DNA of 64,000 bases from Leucoraja erinacea (taxonomy: Eukaryota): the NCBI RefSeq assembly GCF_028641065.1, contig NC_073377.1, positions 155,620,001 to 155,684,000 on the forward strand. Direction: 5' to 3'. Below the pieces are notes generated by a model. It was not told where the DNA came from. It saw only the letters and a program-made list of their open reading frames with translations, and did not search any database. Positions 13,848 to 25,830 of the stretch are shown here, in pieces; position 1 is the first letter of the stretch; each line of letters starts with the position of its first letter. Made by a program: the position numbers and the translations under genes.

Positions 13848-13971
13848 AAATAGAGCCTCCAGCAATTGAATTCAAATCGTCTAGCCACAGTCCTTTAGTG
13901 GGCGGCTTCATATACAGAGGATGCCAGTCCAGAAGACTATTTGGAAACTACATTTTCGGAGATCGAAATGG
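13848..13971 (+). CDS. HHIP: HHIP internal coding exon (human exon 9 equivalent): EIEPPAIEFKSSSHSPLVGGFIYRGCQSRRLFGNYIFGDRNG
   Basis: Acceptor ctttcag|AA, donor GG|gtatgt; 124 bp, phase 1 to 2. Matches human ESEPSLLEFKPFSNGPLVGGFVYRGCQSERLYGSYVFGDRNG. Confidence 0.96.
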
Positions 13972-14354
13972 GTATGTCTAATAATTTTCCATGAAGTCAT
14001 CCACACAGTTAGCTGGTATTTGTTTGCCACTGAACTAAATGTTGCAAGCAAATAAAAATCACTTCAGTGATGAAGAATCTTCTAGGTTCATTGGGCAAAG
14101 AAGAGTATGCTCATCTGAATTATACCAGGGCTAAAAGAATTAAACTATGAGAATAGAGTACACTGACTCGGCTTGTGCTCCCATTTGTACAAATGATCTG
14201 ATGGAACTGTTTTTGAAGATTAAAGAAATTGATAAAGTAGTTGAAGCAAAACTATTACCTGATGTCCAAAGCAAGTTGATACTTAAAGCTACTACATCGC
14301 ACTCACCACCAAGAACCTATTTACATTAATTCTACATCAATCCCACTTTATTTT

Positions 14355-14462
14355 CCTCATATTCCCACCATCTCCCCTCATATTCCCATCATCTCCCCTC
14401 ATATTCCCATCATCTCCCCTCATATTCCCATCATCTCCCCTCATATTCCCATCATCTCCCCC
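14355..14462. repeat. 21-bp minisatellite (CCTCATATTCCCATCATCTCC) x about 5
   Basis: Tandem copies read directly. Confidence 0.9.
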
Positions 14463-14545
14463 TTAACAGGGGGAACATAAAATGGACTATTTTCCCAGCC
14501 TGAGATATTTAGAACCAGTGTCACTATTTCAAACTAAGAACATTA

Positions 14546-14726
14546 TGCCCCTGTCCCACTTAGGAAACCTGAACGGAAACCTCTGGAGACTTTGCGCCCC
14601 ACCCAAGGTTTCCGTGCGGTCCCCGGAGGTTTTTGTCAGGCTCACTACCTGCTTCCACTACCTGCAACCTCCGGCAACCACCTGCAACCTCTGGGAACTG
14701 CAGGTTTCCTAAGTGGGACAGGGGCA
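14546..14726. mobile_element. PIF/Harbinger-like MITE
   Basis: Terminal inverted repeats TGCCCCTGTCCCACTTAGGAAACCTG / CAGGTTTCCTAAGTGGGACAGGGGCA; TWA flanks; internally deleted relative to the copy at 45713-45938. Confidence 0.75.
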
Positions 14727-16124
14727 TAAGGAATCAATGTAGTAGTCGGCCTCTTGGACCCTTACGATTGCTCTGTTGCTCAATAAGACCATGACTGAAC
14801 ATTTTCCTCGACACCAGTTCCCCGCACCACGACCATGTCCCTTGATTCTCTTTATAATTAGAAGATCACAAAAGCATTTGTGACTGTATTAAAAATAATT
14901 GTTCAATTAGAGGGTAATGGATCGTTGGAACTCTCTTCCCAAGGCTTAGTAACTGAGTATTTTCAAGACACATTAAGATTTTTGTTTATTAGTGGAATCA
15001 AGGGCCATGGCTTAGCGAGGAAAGCACCATCATGACAGGCCGTAAATCTTTTAAGCAGGAAAGATGCAGAGAAGATTTTTGAGGATGTTGCCAGAACGTT
15101 AGGGCCCAAGCTATAGGGAGAGATAAGGTAGGCTAGCTTATTCTTTGGAGAACAGCAGGATGAGGAGTTACCTTTGTCAATAACGTGTTTTTTTTGCCTG
15201 TGTCTTTCCAGCATTTTTTGCTACAATTTCAATTATCCAGCAAGTGCATTTTGTTAATTTTCTGCTGTTGGAAGGGTTATGTTTAGTTGTATGAAGTGAA
15301 CAAATTATTCATGGTAAACTTTGCCATAATCACGAATTATCAAGCTATCTTAACCAAAAAGCCAATTAATCTTGTTGTAGTTGCCATCTGTCCAACTGCA
15401 AGAGATGATGGTGGCTTTGATGTTGTCCTGCTCGCAGCGGGAAATGTTTCATCTGTGGTTGCATTTCCTGCTGTGGCTGACTAGGTCTATCCTTGCCAGG
15501 CTGACTCTCCCACAGCATCCACAGGTGAAGTTGTCTCTGGTTGTTGGATTGAGGAGCATGTTGCTGTTGATCATGTTGTGGCATTGACGCTTGGCCTTCA
15601 TGGGTCTTGAACCCCATGCTGCCCTTGTGCTTCATACCCACTGGAGGTCCTTTATCCACCTCCCCCGGACCTCAGACATACCTTATTGACTGGGCGCTGC
15701 TCAGGTTGAGGCGGGCAATAGCTAACCATTAGGACCTGATGATCCTTCCCATTGTCGGACTCCCTGTGCCATTCCATTTAGACCTGTAACCTGCAACTGC
15801 AACTTCCCATGATTTTCTTTCCTCGCTGTGATCAGCAAGGATGAAGTATCATCTCCATTTGATTGGCCGCAAGACGGGGCGGATAATTGAAAACACAGAC
15901 TTGCCCAGCATCTGCATTCCCCTCTCGACCCGATAGACTGATTCCAGGGGATTATCTAGGGCCTACTTGGTCACAGGAGTTGCTGCAAGATGAATGCACG
16001 AGGAATCAACTGACCACCTGTAAGGACTCCAGCTCCAGTGCTTGGTTCTCCTGAACCTTATCCACAAGACAATGTCGTGCTATTTGACCCATTGCTGGGA
16101 GCTGGTTGATGGACGCTAGGGCGT

Positions 16125-16466
16125 ATCCGATGTTCCCGATGTTGGGGAAGTCCAGGACAAGGGGTCACAGCTTAAGGATAGAGGGGAAATCCTTTAGGAC
16201 CGAGATGAGAAAAACATTTTTCACACAGAGTGTGGTGAATCTCTGGAATTCTCTGCCACAGAAGGTAGTTGAGGCCAGTTCATTGGCTATATTTAAGAGG
16301 GAGTTAGATGTGGCCCTTGTGGCTAAAGGGGTCAGCGGGTATGGAGAGAAGGCAGGTACAGGATACTGAGTTGGATGATCAGCCATGAACATATTGAATG
16401 GTGGTGCAGGCTCGAAGGGCTGAATGGCCCACTCCTGCACCTATTTTCTATGTTTCTATGTTTCTA
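16125..16466 (+). mobile_element. CR1/HER1-like LINE 3' end
   Basis: FPMLGKSRTRGHSLRI..FFTQSVVNLWNSLP; TTTCTATG tail. Confidence 0.9.
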
Positions 16467-17789
16467 TCCACATGCCTGCGGGCCTACATGTTGCATACCT
16501 GGGGGCCAACGTTCCTCCAACATCCCCACGCAGTGATACAGAGACTGAATTAGTTTTCTTCAAAACGTAGAGATCTCAGAAAAGCTGAAATTGAACTCTT
16601 GGAGAAAAAGAACAGGAAGGTCCGAGCTCACCTGACCAAGAGATTGATAACTAGCAGATATAATTTCATGTTACAAAGTTTCGAGTTGAGTTGTTAAGAA
16701 AATCTCCATGCAAATATCTGTAAATGGTGTGAAACCCATTGTCTGAAAGGCTAGTAAAGGTGAAGACCTTTATGTTAAAAAGATGCCCAGATGATTATTT
16801 GAAAAGCAGTAACCCAGGGGAGCTGTGAAGTGGGAGTTACCCAAATAGATTTATGTTTGACCAGCATTGACAAGAAAGGTTGAATGTGTTGGAGTCATAT
16901 CCACGCTGACAGTCGCTAGCCTTATTTGTTTGAGCTTTGCCCATATCCCTCTAAACCCCTCCAATTCACGTACCCGGCTTTTAAATGTTGTAATTGTACC
17001 CACCTTTACCATTGACAGCTCGTTCCAAAATTCAGCTGGTTTTTTTTAAGAGCTTGGATGAAGTGTTAATTTCGCATGCCACCATATCTATATCAGTTGA
17101 CTGAATGTATCATAGGTTGTGTGGGAATTATCAGGGGACCATTTCTCTGCCTGAATAATTCAGAGAATGTGAGTTCAAATCCCACTGTTGTAGTTTGAGA
17201 ATGTAATAGTTTGAAATGAATTGAATTTAGCACAAGGTAATATTGAAGTCATGTTATGGAAGTGGTAATCTAGATCCCTGGACTAGTGATCTGGTGAATG
17301 AATTCAAAATCCCACTACAGCAGTTGATGAATTTAAATTCAGAAAAGTAATTAAATAAATAAGCTTTAATGGAAATGTTAGCATCAATATAATAATTATC
17401 ATAAAATTATCAGTTTGTCGTAAAAACCCAATTCAGTAATGTGGCATTTATTTGCCCTATAAATAATTCCAGTCTCATACCAATTTTAACAAACTTTATG
17501 GAACGTTAATAGCAAGCTAATTCTTTCAAGCATCTCTAAAGTCTGCCTTCACAGCCGAGCTATTTACTTTTCACCATAGAAAAACTGATAAGCCAAATAG
17601 CTCTTTAAGATTACTGTAGGTCTGGTCATATTTTCTCATATCTTTTTGCACCTGGCTTCCACGCTGCTTTATGGAATGCAGGGGCAATTATTCACTTGGA
17701 TGCTGAGCCACATATTATGATTTTGACTATCTCTGTGAAGTGAGTGATTTTGTATTGCGTTTTGCAAACTGGGTTACTACTTTGGATGT

Positions 17790-18207
17790 CAGCTGATTTA
17801 CATCGGTGAGACTAAGCTCTGACCTCACGGTGGCTCAGCACTTCAACTCCCCCTCCCACTGCGTCTCCGACCTCTCTGTCCTGGATCTCCTCCATGGCCT
17901 CAAAGAGCAACACCGGAAATTGGAGGAACAGCACCTAATATTCCGCCTGGGTAGCTTGCATCCGGATGGCATGAACATTCAATTCTCCCAATTTTGCTAG
18001 CCCTTGCTGTCTCCTCCCCTTCCTTAACCCTCGAGCTGTCTCCTCCCATCCCCCCACCCTCGGGCTCCTCTTCCTCCCTTTTTCCTTCCTTCTCCTCCCC
18101 ACCCCCCATCAGTCTGAAGAAGGGTTTCGGCCCGAAGCGTCACCTATTTCCTTCGCTCCATAGATGCTGCTGCACCCGCTGAGTTTCGCCAGCATTTTTG
18201 TGTACCA
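17790..18207 (+). mobile_element. Penelope-like element 3' fragment with terminal repeat
   Basis: VAQHFNSPSH..KLEEQHLIFRLGSLHPDGMNI followed by the CTGAAGAAGGG..CCCGAA terminal motif. Confidence 0.85.
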
Positions 18208-18921
18208 CTTTGGATGTTATTTTCCTTTCTCAGAAACAGCAGTCATGAGGTTGAGATTTCGCTTCTTCTCAGCATGTGCTTTGAAAGTTGTACTTGCTCT
18301 AAGGAACATAGAATAAGGAATGGTTGTTTACAAGTAGTATATGTAGGAGTGTCTCTACCTGATGTTGTGAATGCTGAAGTACTTTTGGCATTTGCTACGG
18401 CAAAGTTAAGTTGAACAGCCACATAAATGTCCAAAAGACAATAGACAATAAGTACAGGAGTAGGTGATTCGGCCCTTCGAGCCAGCACCACCATTCAATG
18501 TGATCATGGCTGATCATCCCCAATCGGTAACCCATTCCTGCCTTCTCCCCATCTCCCCTGACTCCGCTATTTTTAAGAGCCCTATCTAGCTCTTTCTTGA
18601 AAGCATCCAGAGAACCTGCCCCCACCGCCCTCTGAGGCAGAGAATTCCACAGACTCACCACTCTCTGTCCACTTGGTTACTAGTAAACAGACATCACTAC
18701 TAATTGAACACAATGGGAAGTTTTCATGTACCATGAAATCCCTCAGCAGTATTTTTCACCAATTTTGTTCAACACAAATGCTGTAATATGCTGCCATTGA
18801 TGTCAATTCAGATGTTCACAGCAATATCCATGTCAGAAATAATTGGTGCAATTATTTATCTGTGTCTCATACATACAACTATTTATTTTTGATCTGTTTT
18901 TTGGGGGATGTGGGACAAGGC

Positions 18922-19375
18922 CAGTCTTTCATATGAAGAGAAACTGGATCGACTCGGCTTATACTCGCTAGAATTTAGAAGATTGAGGGGGGATCTTATA
19001 GAAACTTACAAAATTCATAAGGGGTTGGACAGGCTAGATGCAGGAAGATTGTTCCCGATGTTGGGGAAGTCCAGGACAAGGGGTCACAGTTTAAGGATAA
19101 AGAGGAAATCCTTTAGGACCGAGATGAGAAAAACATTTTTCACGCAGAGAGTGGTGAGTCTCTGGAACTCTCTGCCACAGAAGGTAGTTGAGGCCAGTTC
19201 ATTGGCTATATTTAAGAGGGAGTTAGATGTGGCCCTTGTGGCAAAAGGGATCAGGGGGTATGGAAAGAAGGCAGGTACAGGATACTGAGTTGAATGATCA
19301 GCCATGATCATATTGAATGGCGGTGCAGGCTCGAAGGGCTGAATGGCCTCCTCCTGCACCTATTTTCTATGTTTA
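18922..19375 (+). mobile_element. CR1/HER1-like LINE 3' end
   Basis: SYEEKLDRLGLYSLEFRRLRGDLIETYK..; same 3' UTR as the other copies. Confidence 0.9.
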
Positions 19376-20559
19376 TTGAATGTCCATTTAAAAGAAAATG
19401 CTTAACAACCCTCTTGAACTACTGCATCCTTTCTGGTACACACAGTGCCGCTGGAAGGATGTTTTAGGATTTGGATCCAGTAGTGATGAAAGAATATATT
19501 TCCACGTCAGAATGGTGTATGGTTTAGAGGAGAACCCGCAGGAGGTGGTTCCCCTAAGCATCTAATGGCCTTGTCCTCCTTAGATCTGGAGATTATGTTA
19601 GGAGGAACTGACAGAGTCGTGTCAGTTTAGTTTGGTTTACAGGTACAGCATGGAAACAGGCCCTTCGGCCCAATGAGTCAGTGCTGGTCATGACCACCCA
19701 TGCACTAGTTCTATTCTACACACTAGCGACAATTTACAGAGGCCAAGTAACCTACAAACCTGCACATCTTTGGGAGTGGGGGGGGGAAACTGGAGCACTC
19801 GGAGATAACCCATGCAGTCACCGGGAGAATGTACCAACTCCGTACAGATATCACCCGCAGTCAGGATCGAAACTGGATCTCTGCCGCTGTAAGGCAGCAA
19901 TTCTACTGTGTAGCTGAATAACTGTATTGTATTTGTAGGTGGCACTCTCAGTTTGTGAGGCAGTAATGGGGGAATGAATAACAGGGTGTTGATAGAACAG
20001 CAATCACCGTCGTGTTTCCTTCTTGAAGCGCATTCACTTTTATTTCACTAGGACTTCTTAATTCCACACTGCATTGGTGAATTGTCACTCTCATCTCACC
20101 TATCCAATCCCATTCTTTGTTCCATATCTGAATGAAGTTTGTGATGAGATCTAGAACCATGGTCCTGGCAAAGGTACCTTCAGTTGATACTTTGTTCTAG
20201 GTACCTTCAGTGCCCTTTCCGTGTGTTGGCAAAGAACACTGATTCAGTAGCAGGTGGAGGACATTAAAAAGTAATCTGGAGGAGGTTTTGTTGCTCCTAT
20301 TTGACCTGCAGTTGTGTTACGTGGTAGGGTCTGAAAGCAATGTAAAAGACTCTCAATACCACACTCTCCTAACTATATCTCAATACGCTGCCCCTGCTGG
20401 TGGGACAGACGTACCTAAGGATTGTGACTGAGGAGTTGGACACAATTGTCAGATATTATTCTGTGAGCAACTCAGCGGGATAGAAGGAATGGGTGACGTT
20501 TCGGGTCGAGACCTTTCGTCACACCTTTCGACCCAAAAAGTCACTCATTCCTTGTATCC

Positions 20560-20775
20560 CAGTGGTTCTTAACCTTTTTGGCATACGTACGCGCATAGAT
20601 TCAAGATTCAAGTTTCAATTTATTTGTCATTTGGGCCCCTTGAGGTCCAAACGAAATGCCGTTTCTGCAGCCATACATTACAAACAAATAGACCCAAGAC
20701 GCAACATAATTTACATAAACATCCATCACATCGCTGTGATGGAAGGCCAAAAAAACATATCTCTCCACTGCACTC

Positions 20776-20810
<35 letters not shown>

Positions 20811-21203
20811 ATGTCAGAGTCAAAGTCAAAGCCCCCGGCTGGCGATGGCGATTGTCCCGCAGCCATTAAAGCCACGCCGGGTGGTGCGAGGTCGCACACC
20901 GGGTTCTTGATTTTAGAGCCCTCGGCGAGCGCTCGCAGAGTCCCGCGGCCATTCCAAGCCGCGCGGGGCGGTGATGTTAGGCCCCGCTCCAGGAGCTCTT
21001 CGACCCCGCAACTCGGGCGGGAGAAGTCGCCGTTGCGAGAGCCCTGAAATTACGCGAACTAAATATTATATGTGGTATGTACCTTTGTTAGGTTCCTAAA
21101 AATGGGCTCAACAAATGGATATGATATTTATGACCACGTCCCCCAGTAAAGCCCCAAACAACCCCCCATGGGGGTCCCGACCCCTCCGGGTTAAGAACCA
21201 ATG
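20560..21203. mobile_element. hAT-like MITE with nested LINE-tailed element (about 20598-21047)
   Basis: TIR CAGTGGTTCTTAACC / GGTTAAGAACCAATG; 8-bp TSD TTGTATCC / TTCTATCC. Confidence 0.75.
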
Positions 21204-21282
21204 TTCTATCCAAAGGTGCTGCCAGTTCCCGCTGAGTTACTCCAGCATGTTGCGTCTTTCTTTGGTTTAAACCAGCATCTGG

Positions 21283-21755
21283 GATTCTTGGGATGTCAGG
21301 ACTTTCATATGAAGAAAGACTGGATAGACTCGGCTTGTACTCGCTAGAATTTAGAAGATTGAGGGGGGTACATTATAGAAAATTACAAAATTCTTAAGGG
21401 GTTGGACAGGCTAGATGCAGGAAGATTATTCCTGATGTTGGGGAAGTCCAGAACTAGGGGTCACAGTTTAAGGATAAGAGGGAAGTCTTTTAGGACCGAG
21501 ATGAGAAAATCATTTTTACACAGAGAGTGGTGAATCTGTGGAATTCTCTGCCACAGAAGGTAGTTGAGGCCAGTTCATTGGCTACATTTAAGAGGGAGTT
21601 AGATGTGGCCCTTGTGGCTAAAGGGATCAGGGGGGTATGGAGAGAAGGCAGGTACAGGATACTGAGTTGGATGATCAGTCATGATCATATCGAATGGCAG
21701 TGCAGGCTCGAAGGGCCGAATGGCCTACTCCTGCACCTATTTTCTATGTTTCTAT
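21283..21755 (+). mobile_element. CR1/HER1-like LINE 3' end
   Basis: Same family and tail as 18922-19375. Confidence 0.9.
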
Positions 21756-22380
21756 CTGCAGTTCCTTCCTATGTTATTCTGCAAGCATGGTTTTGTCAGA
21801 CTGACGGGGCTGTAGGACCGTTCTCCCAATGTGGTTGCTTGTCCCCAGATGTATGCTTTGCAGGGTTCATGTCATCTGCTCAGATACGATTTCATCTCAC
21901 TGCAGAAAATTCCTCCATGGTAAATCTAACAATGAAGAGGGTGTTTTTTGCCACTATTTATGTCCTTATTTTCTATTCCAGGCTCAGTGCCTGCCTTAAG
22001 CTTTTGTCTCTCCTGCCATGTGTTGTGAGGGGACATTAACAAGGCTGGCGGGTGAATGGAATTGCAAACAATATGGTCCAAGCAGGGAAAAGCAATAAGC
22101 CCAAGGCCACAAACATGCAGGTCCGGAATATCCTTTGCTTTTCTATTTCCTGTCCAGGGTCTGACAATAGACAGGAGGTTAGAAAAGCTGATATAGTAGG
22201 ACCTTTGGAAGTGGAATCTTTAGGGCTGCACAGTGGTTCCAGCGCCAGAGACCCGGGTTAGACCCTGACTACGGGTGCTGTCTGCACGGAGTTTGTACGT
22301 TCTCCCCGTTACCTGCATGGATTTTCTCTGAGATCTTCGGTTTCTCCCCACACTCCAAAGACGTACAGGTTTGGAGGTTA

Positions 22381-22700
22381 AAACCCTGTCCCACGGTATG
22401 AGTTCATTCCAAGAGTTCTCCCAAGTTTGCCCTGATTCGAACTCGGAGATTTACGGTAATGGCCACTCGTCGGTACTCGGGGCTCTCGTGGACATTTTTC
22501 ATCATGTTGAAAAATCTTCACGAGTCTTCCCGTGCTTACCTGCCTTTAGCGAGTCTTCCCGAGTACCTGCCGTTAGCGCTAAGAGACGTCCCCGAGCTCC
22601 AAAGTACCCGCTACGTTCATTCTCCGTGCTTACCACGAGTTTGATTTTTTTTAAACTTGGGAGAGCTCTTGGAATGAACTCGCACCGTGGGACAGGGCTA
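22381..22700. mobile_element. Harbinger-like MITE nested in a SINE
   Basis: CCCTGTCCCACGGT / ACCGTGGGACAGGG inverted termini, TTA flanks; interrupts the SINE sequence ggtta|attggc. Confidence 0.7.
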
Positions 22701-24132
22701 TTAATTGGCTTGGTATAAATAATAAAATGTAAATTATCCCTAGTGTGTGTAGGGTAGTGTCAATGTGCGGGGATCGCCGGTCGATGCGGCCAAAGGGCCT
22801 GTTTCCGCGGTGTATCTCTAAACGAAACAGAGTGGTTCTGGTGATCAAGATTGAGATAAGAGAAAGGGAAGTTTAATTATTGGGGATATGAGGGAGGAGC
22901 CATGATTTAGGAGGAAGGTCGGTAATCTGGGTCTGAGCAGCTGGGCACAGGGGGGTTCTTTAACAGTTAGCACCATTGGATTATCGCCAAGTGGAGAAAG
23001 TGTAAATTATGCCAATGATTTTACTCTCCGTCAATAACTGCAACCTTATTTGTAACAATTATAGAGTGTAGTTACACTTGATCCAGATTTTGATTTTTTT
23101 TTTTCTCAGTTAAAGTCCATTGGATAAAATAATGTTTGCTTAATGTTCCATTGTATGTCTTTTGGATTATTTGGGTGGAAATGTTATGCTTTTTGCTTTC
23201 ACAACTATTCCGTTTTCCAAGCATGTGTTCTTCAAGTTGTAGCAGTTATTCAAAGGATCTGGGCGTCTTTGTTTATACTTGCAGCTTTGTGCCAGTATAA
23301 TAGTAGTATTGATCTCATAACTATATAATGCTGCCAATATAAACACAAAGGAACCATAAAAACTGCTCTGAATGTGTTCAAAAAAACTTACCACCCAAGA
23401 TCTGGCTTTTGGATGGCTTCAACCCAACACTGTGTAGGTGAGAACACCTGTGGAATTGAAATTGGCCTGAAAGTTTTCATGACACTCAGCAGCCCTTGCA
23501 ACCATGTATTGATGCAGTTGGCAGTTAAACAAAAAAATGATTGTAATGGTCTTTAATATTTGCAGAGCGCCAGTGAAATTTAGAATACAATTAAATACAT
23601 CTGATTAAAATTATTGTGTTTATTCTTGCAATTAAAGATACAGATTTCCAATGCATTTTGCAATTACCAGAGGAATTCATGATTTAAGTTTCAAGGGATG
23701 ACAACTCATGTGCACATTGGTGTATAGAAACAATTGGTATAAACACAGCTGAAAGAGGTGGCGTGTAAATTAATACCCAGTTTCACAGATGAATTAGCAC
23801 TATGTTATAATGTAAGCAGACTTATTTGTGCCTCATTTGTTGACATGACTCTGGGTTTGGATTGGGAATCACTTATGTTTTGTTAGTGCAGTTATTAACA
23901 TGATCTGTTTGACATTGCTGTGATTAAGTTTAATTCCTAACTAGTACGAATTTATAGCTGTCGAGTGATTTAACATCGTTCAAATTTCCTTGTGCCAAAG
24001 AGTAAAAGTTTAAAGGCATCATAGAAAATTTTCAGAGTTGTTTCAGAAGTCCATGTAAGATTGAGGGGGCTGCACTCAAAATATTTGATAAGTTCATCTG
24101 TAATGACCCATGTTTTTTACATCTGATTTCAG

Positions 24133-24275
24133 GCAACTGATGAGCCTTCAACAAAGTTCTTTGAACAAACAGTGGCAAGAACGAGCTTTGTGCCTTGGCA
24201 GTGGCACGACGTGCAAAAACTCACATAGCGGTCAGATCTCAGGAATGGTTTTGGGATTTGGAGAAGATGAGTTAG
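24133..24275 (+). CDS. HHIP: HHIP internal coding exon (human exon 10 equivalent): QLMSLQQSSLNKQWQERALCLGSGTTCKNSHSGQISGMVLGFGEDEL(G)
   Basis: Acceptor gatttcag|G, donor G|gtaatg; 143 bp, phase 2 to 1. Matches human NFLTLQQSPVTKQWQEKPLCLGTSGSCRGYFSGHILGFGEDELG with a 4-aa insertion. Not in the ORF track. Confidence 0.95.
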
Positions 24276-25748
24276 GTAATGAATGACCCTAATGTTTGTA
24301 ACAATTATTGCTGTGAAATATCTGTTCTCGTTTACTGGAAATGAACTTAATCAAATAAACAGAATTGCTGCTTGGCAAAGTGCTAACAGCAGCAAAATAT
24401 TTTAGTGATACCTCTAATCATGTATTTAGTAAAATATGGCCTTATAAGACTACTTGCCTCCCAATATGCCACATATTCAATACTATTGTTTAGTCAGGGG
24501 GTGGTGAATCTGTGGAATTCTGTGCCACAGAAGGCTGTAGCAGCCACGTTAGTGGATATTTTTATGGCAGAGATAGATAGATTCTTGATAAGTACGGGTG
24601 TCAGAGGTTATGGAGAGAAGGCAGGAGCATGGGGCTAGGAGGGGGAGATAGATCAGCCATGGTTGAATTACGTAGAATTGATGGGCTGAATGGCCTAATT
24701 CTACTCATATTCCTTATGTCCTTATTGATATACACTCTGCAATTTTGGATTTGCTTCAACCATTCATCATGCCTGCTATCTGGCCCATATGTAGAGACTG
24801 GGGATTCAATTTCATCAATGAAAAATGAATTCATCTCAGATAAGGGTGTTGCTTTGAAACAAGGGAAACTTCCACCATGGCCAAGCTGTGCCAGAATCCT
24901 GTCAAACAAGAGCATCCTACTTGTATGGGTGACACAAACATCCTTGCAACATGTTTTATGTACTGCAAGCTTGTTTTCAGGCATTGCGATTGTCGTATTT
25001 TGCAACCTTCATCAGTTTGCACATAATTTGTGAAAGTATAGTGAGATCATATTGCAGAATATTTTATTCTGGAATGAGATCAAGAATTAATGGACCATGT
25101 CAGTGCTTGGCAGGTTTTTACAATTTTTATGATGTGGTGAATCATCACATATGTATCTGCTGAAAATAATTGGCCACTACGTTTTGATTTCACAGATTAG
25201 TCCGCTTGAAGCAGCTGTGAATTGGTCTTTAGCATGATGACCTCACTGCATAATTATGGGCATGTCAGCTTCTATTTCTAACAAATTCCATTTATGCAAT
25301 ATACATTTTTTTCACATTCACCCATGTACCCAAAACAACATATTTTCAAGCTCTGGTCTAAATTATATATATTAACGAAGAGTGTCTTTATCAGAACCTT
25401 TGCTTTCTCCTTATTTTTTCTTCTTTATAAAATTTTCCAGATATTGCTGTTCACACTTTTTTTGTCCAATTTTCCTTCCATTGGTGTATATAATTTATTT
25501 CAACACTGTTATCGCAAATGAAACCATTTTAAAACAGATTATAATTTGGTTGATTTTTAAGCCACTTAATAATTGTTCGTGTTAGTAATAGCAGTTTTGA
25601 CATTTTAGTCTACATAAAATTAAGTTCGTCTTTGAGGGAACAGAAACACTGAAATATTTTCAAAGTGGTACAAATTGATGCATTTAAAGATAATAATATC
25701 AGACTGCGCAGGACTAATAATTGAGCATTTTCCAATTTGTGTTTGCAG

Positions 25749-25830
25749 GTGAGATCTACGTTGTAGCGAGCAGTAAAAGTGTGACGCAAGTACACAGTGG
25801 GAAGATCTACAAATTAATGGATCCAAAAAG
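25749..25830 (+). CDS. HHIP: HHIP internal coding exon (human exon 11 equivalent): (G)EIYVVASSKSVTQVHSGKIYKLMDPK(R)
   Basis: Acceptor gtttgcag|GT, donor AG|gtaagg; 82 bp, phase 1 to 2. Matches human GEVYILSSSKSMTQTHNGKLYKIVDPKR. Confidence 0.95.

Noticed and set aside
14355-14462. CRISPR-like array
   Set aside because: Head-to-tail minisatellite with no unique spacers, in eukaryotic DNA.
20493-21047. Proline-rich 184-aa ORF and similar poly-Pro/Gly ORFs
   Set aside because: Produced by poly-C tracts inside transposon sequence.
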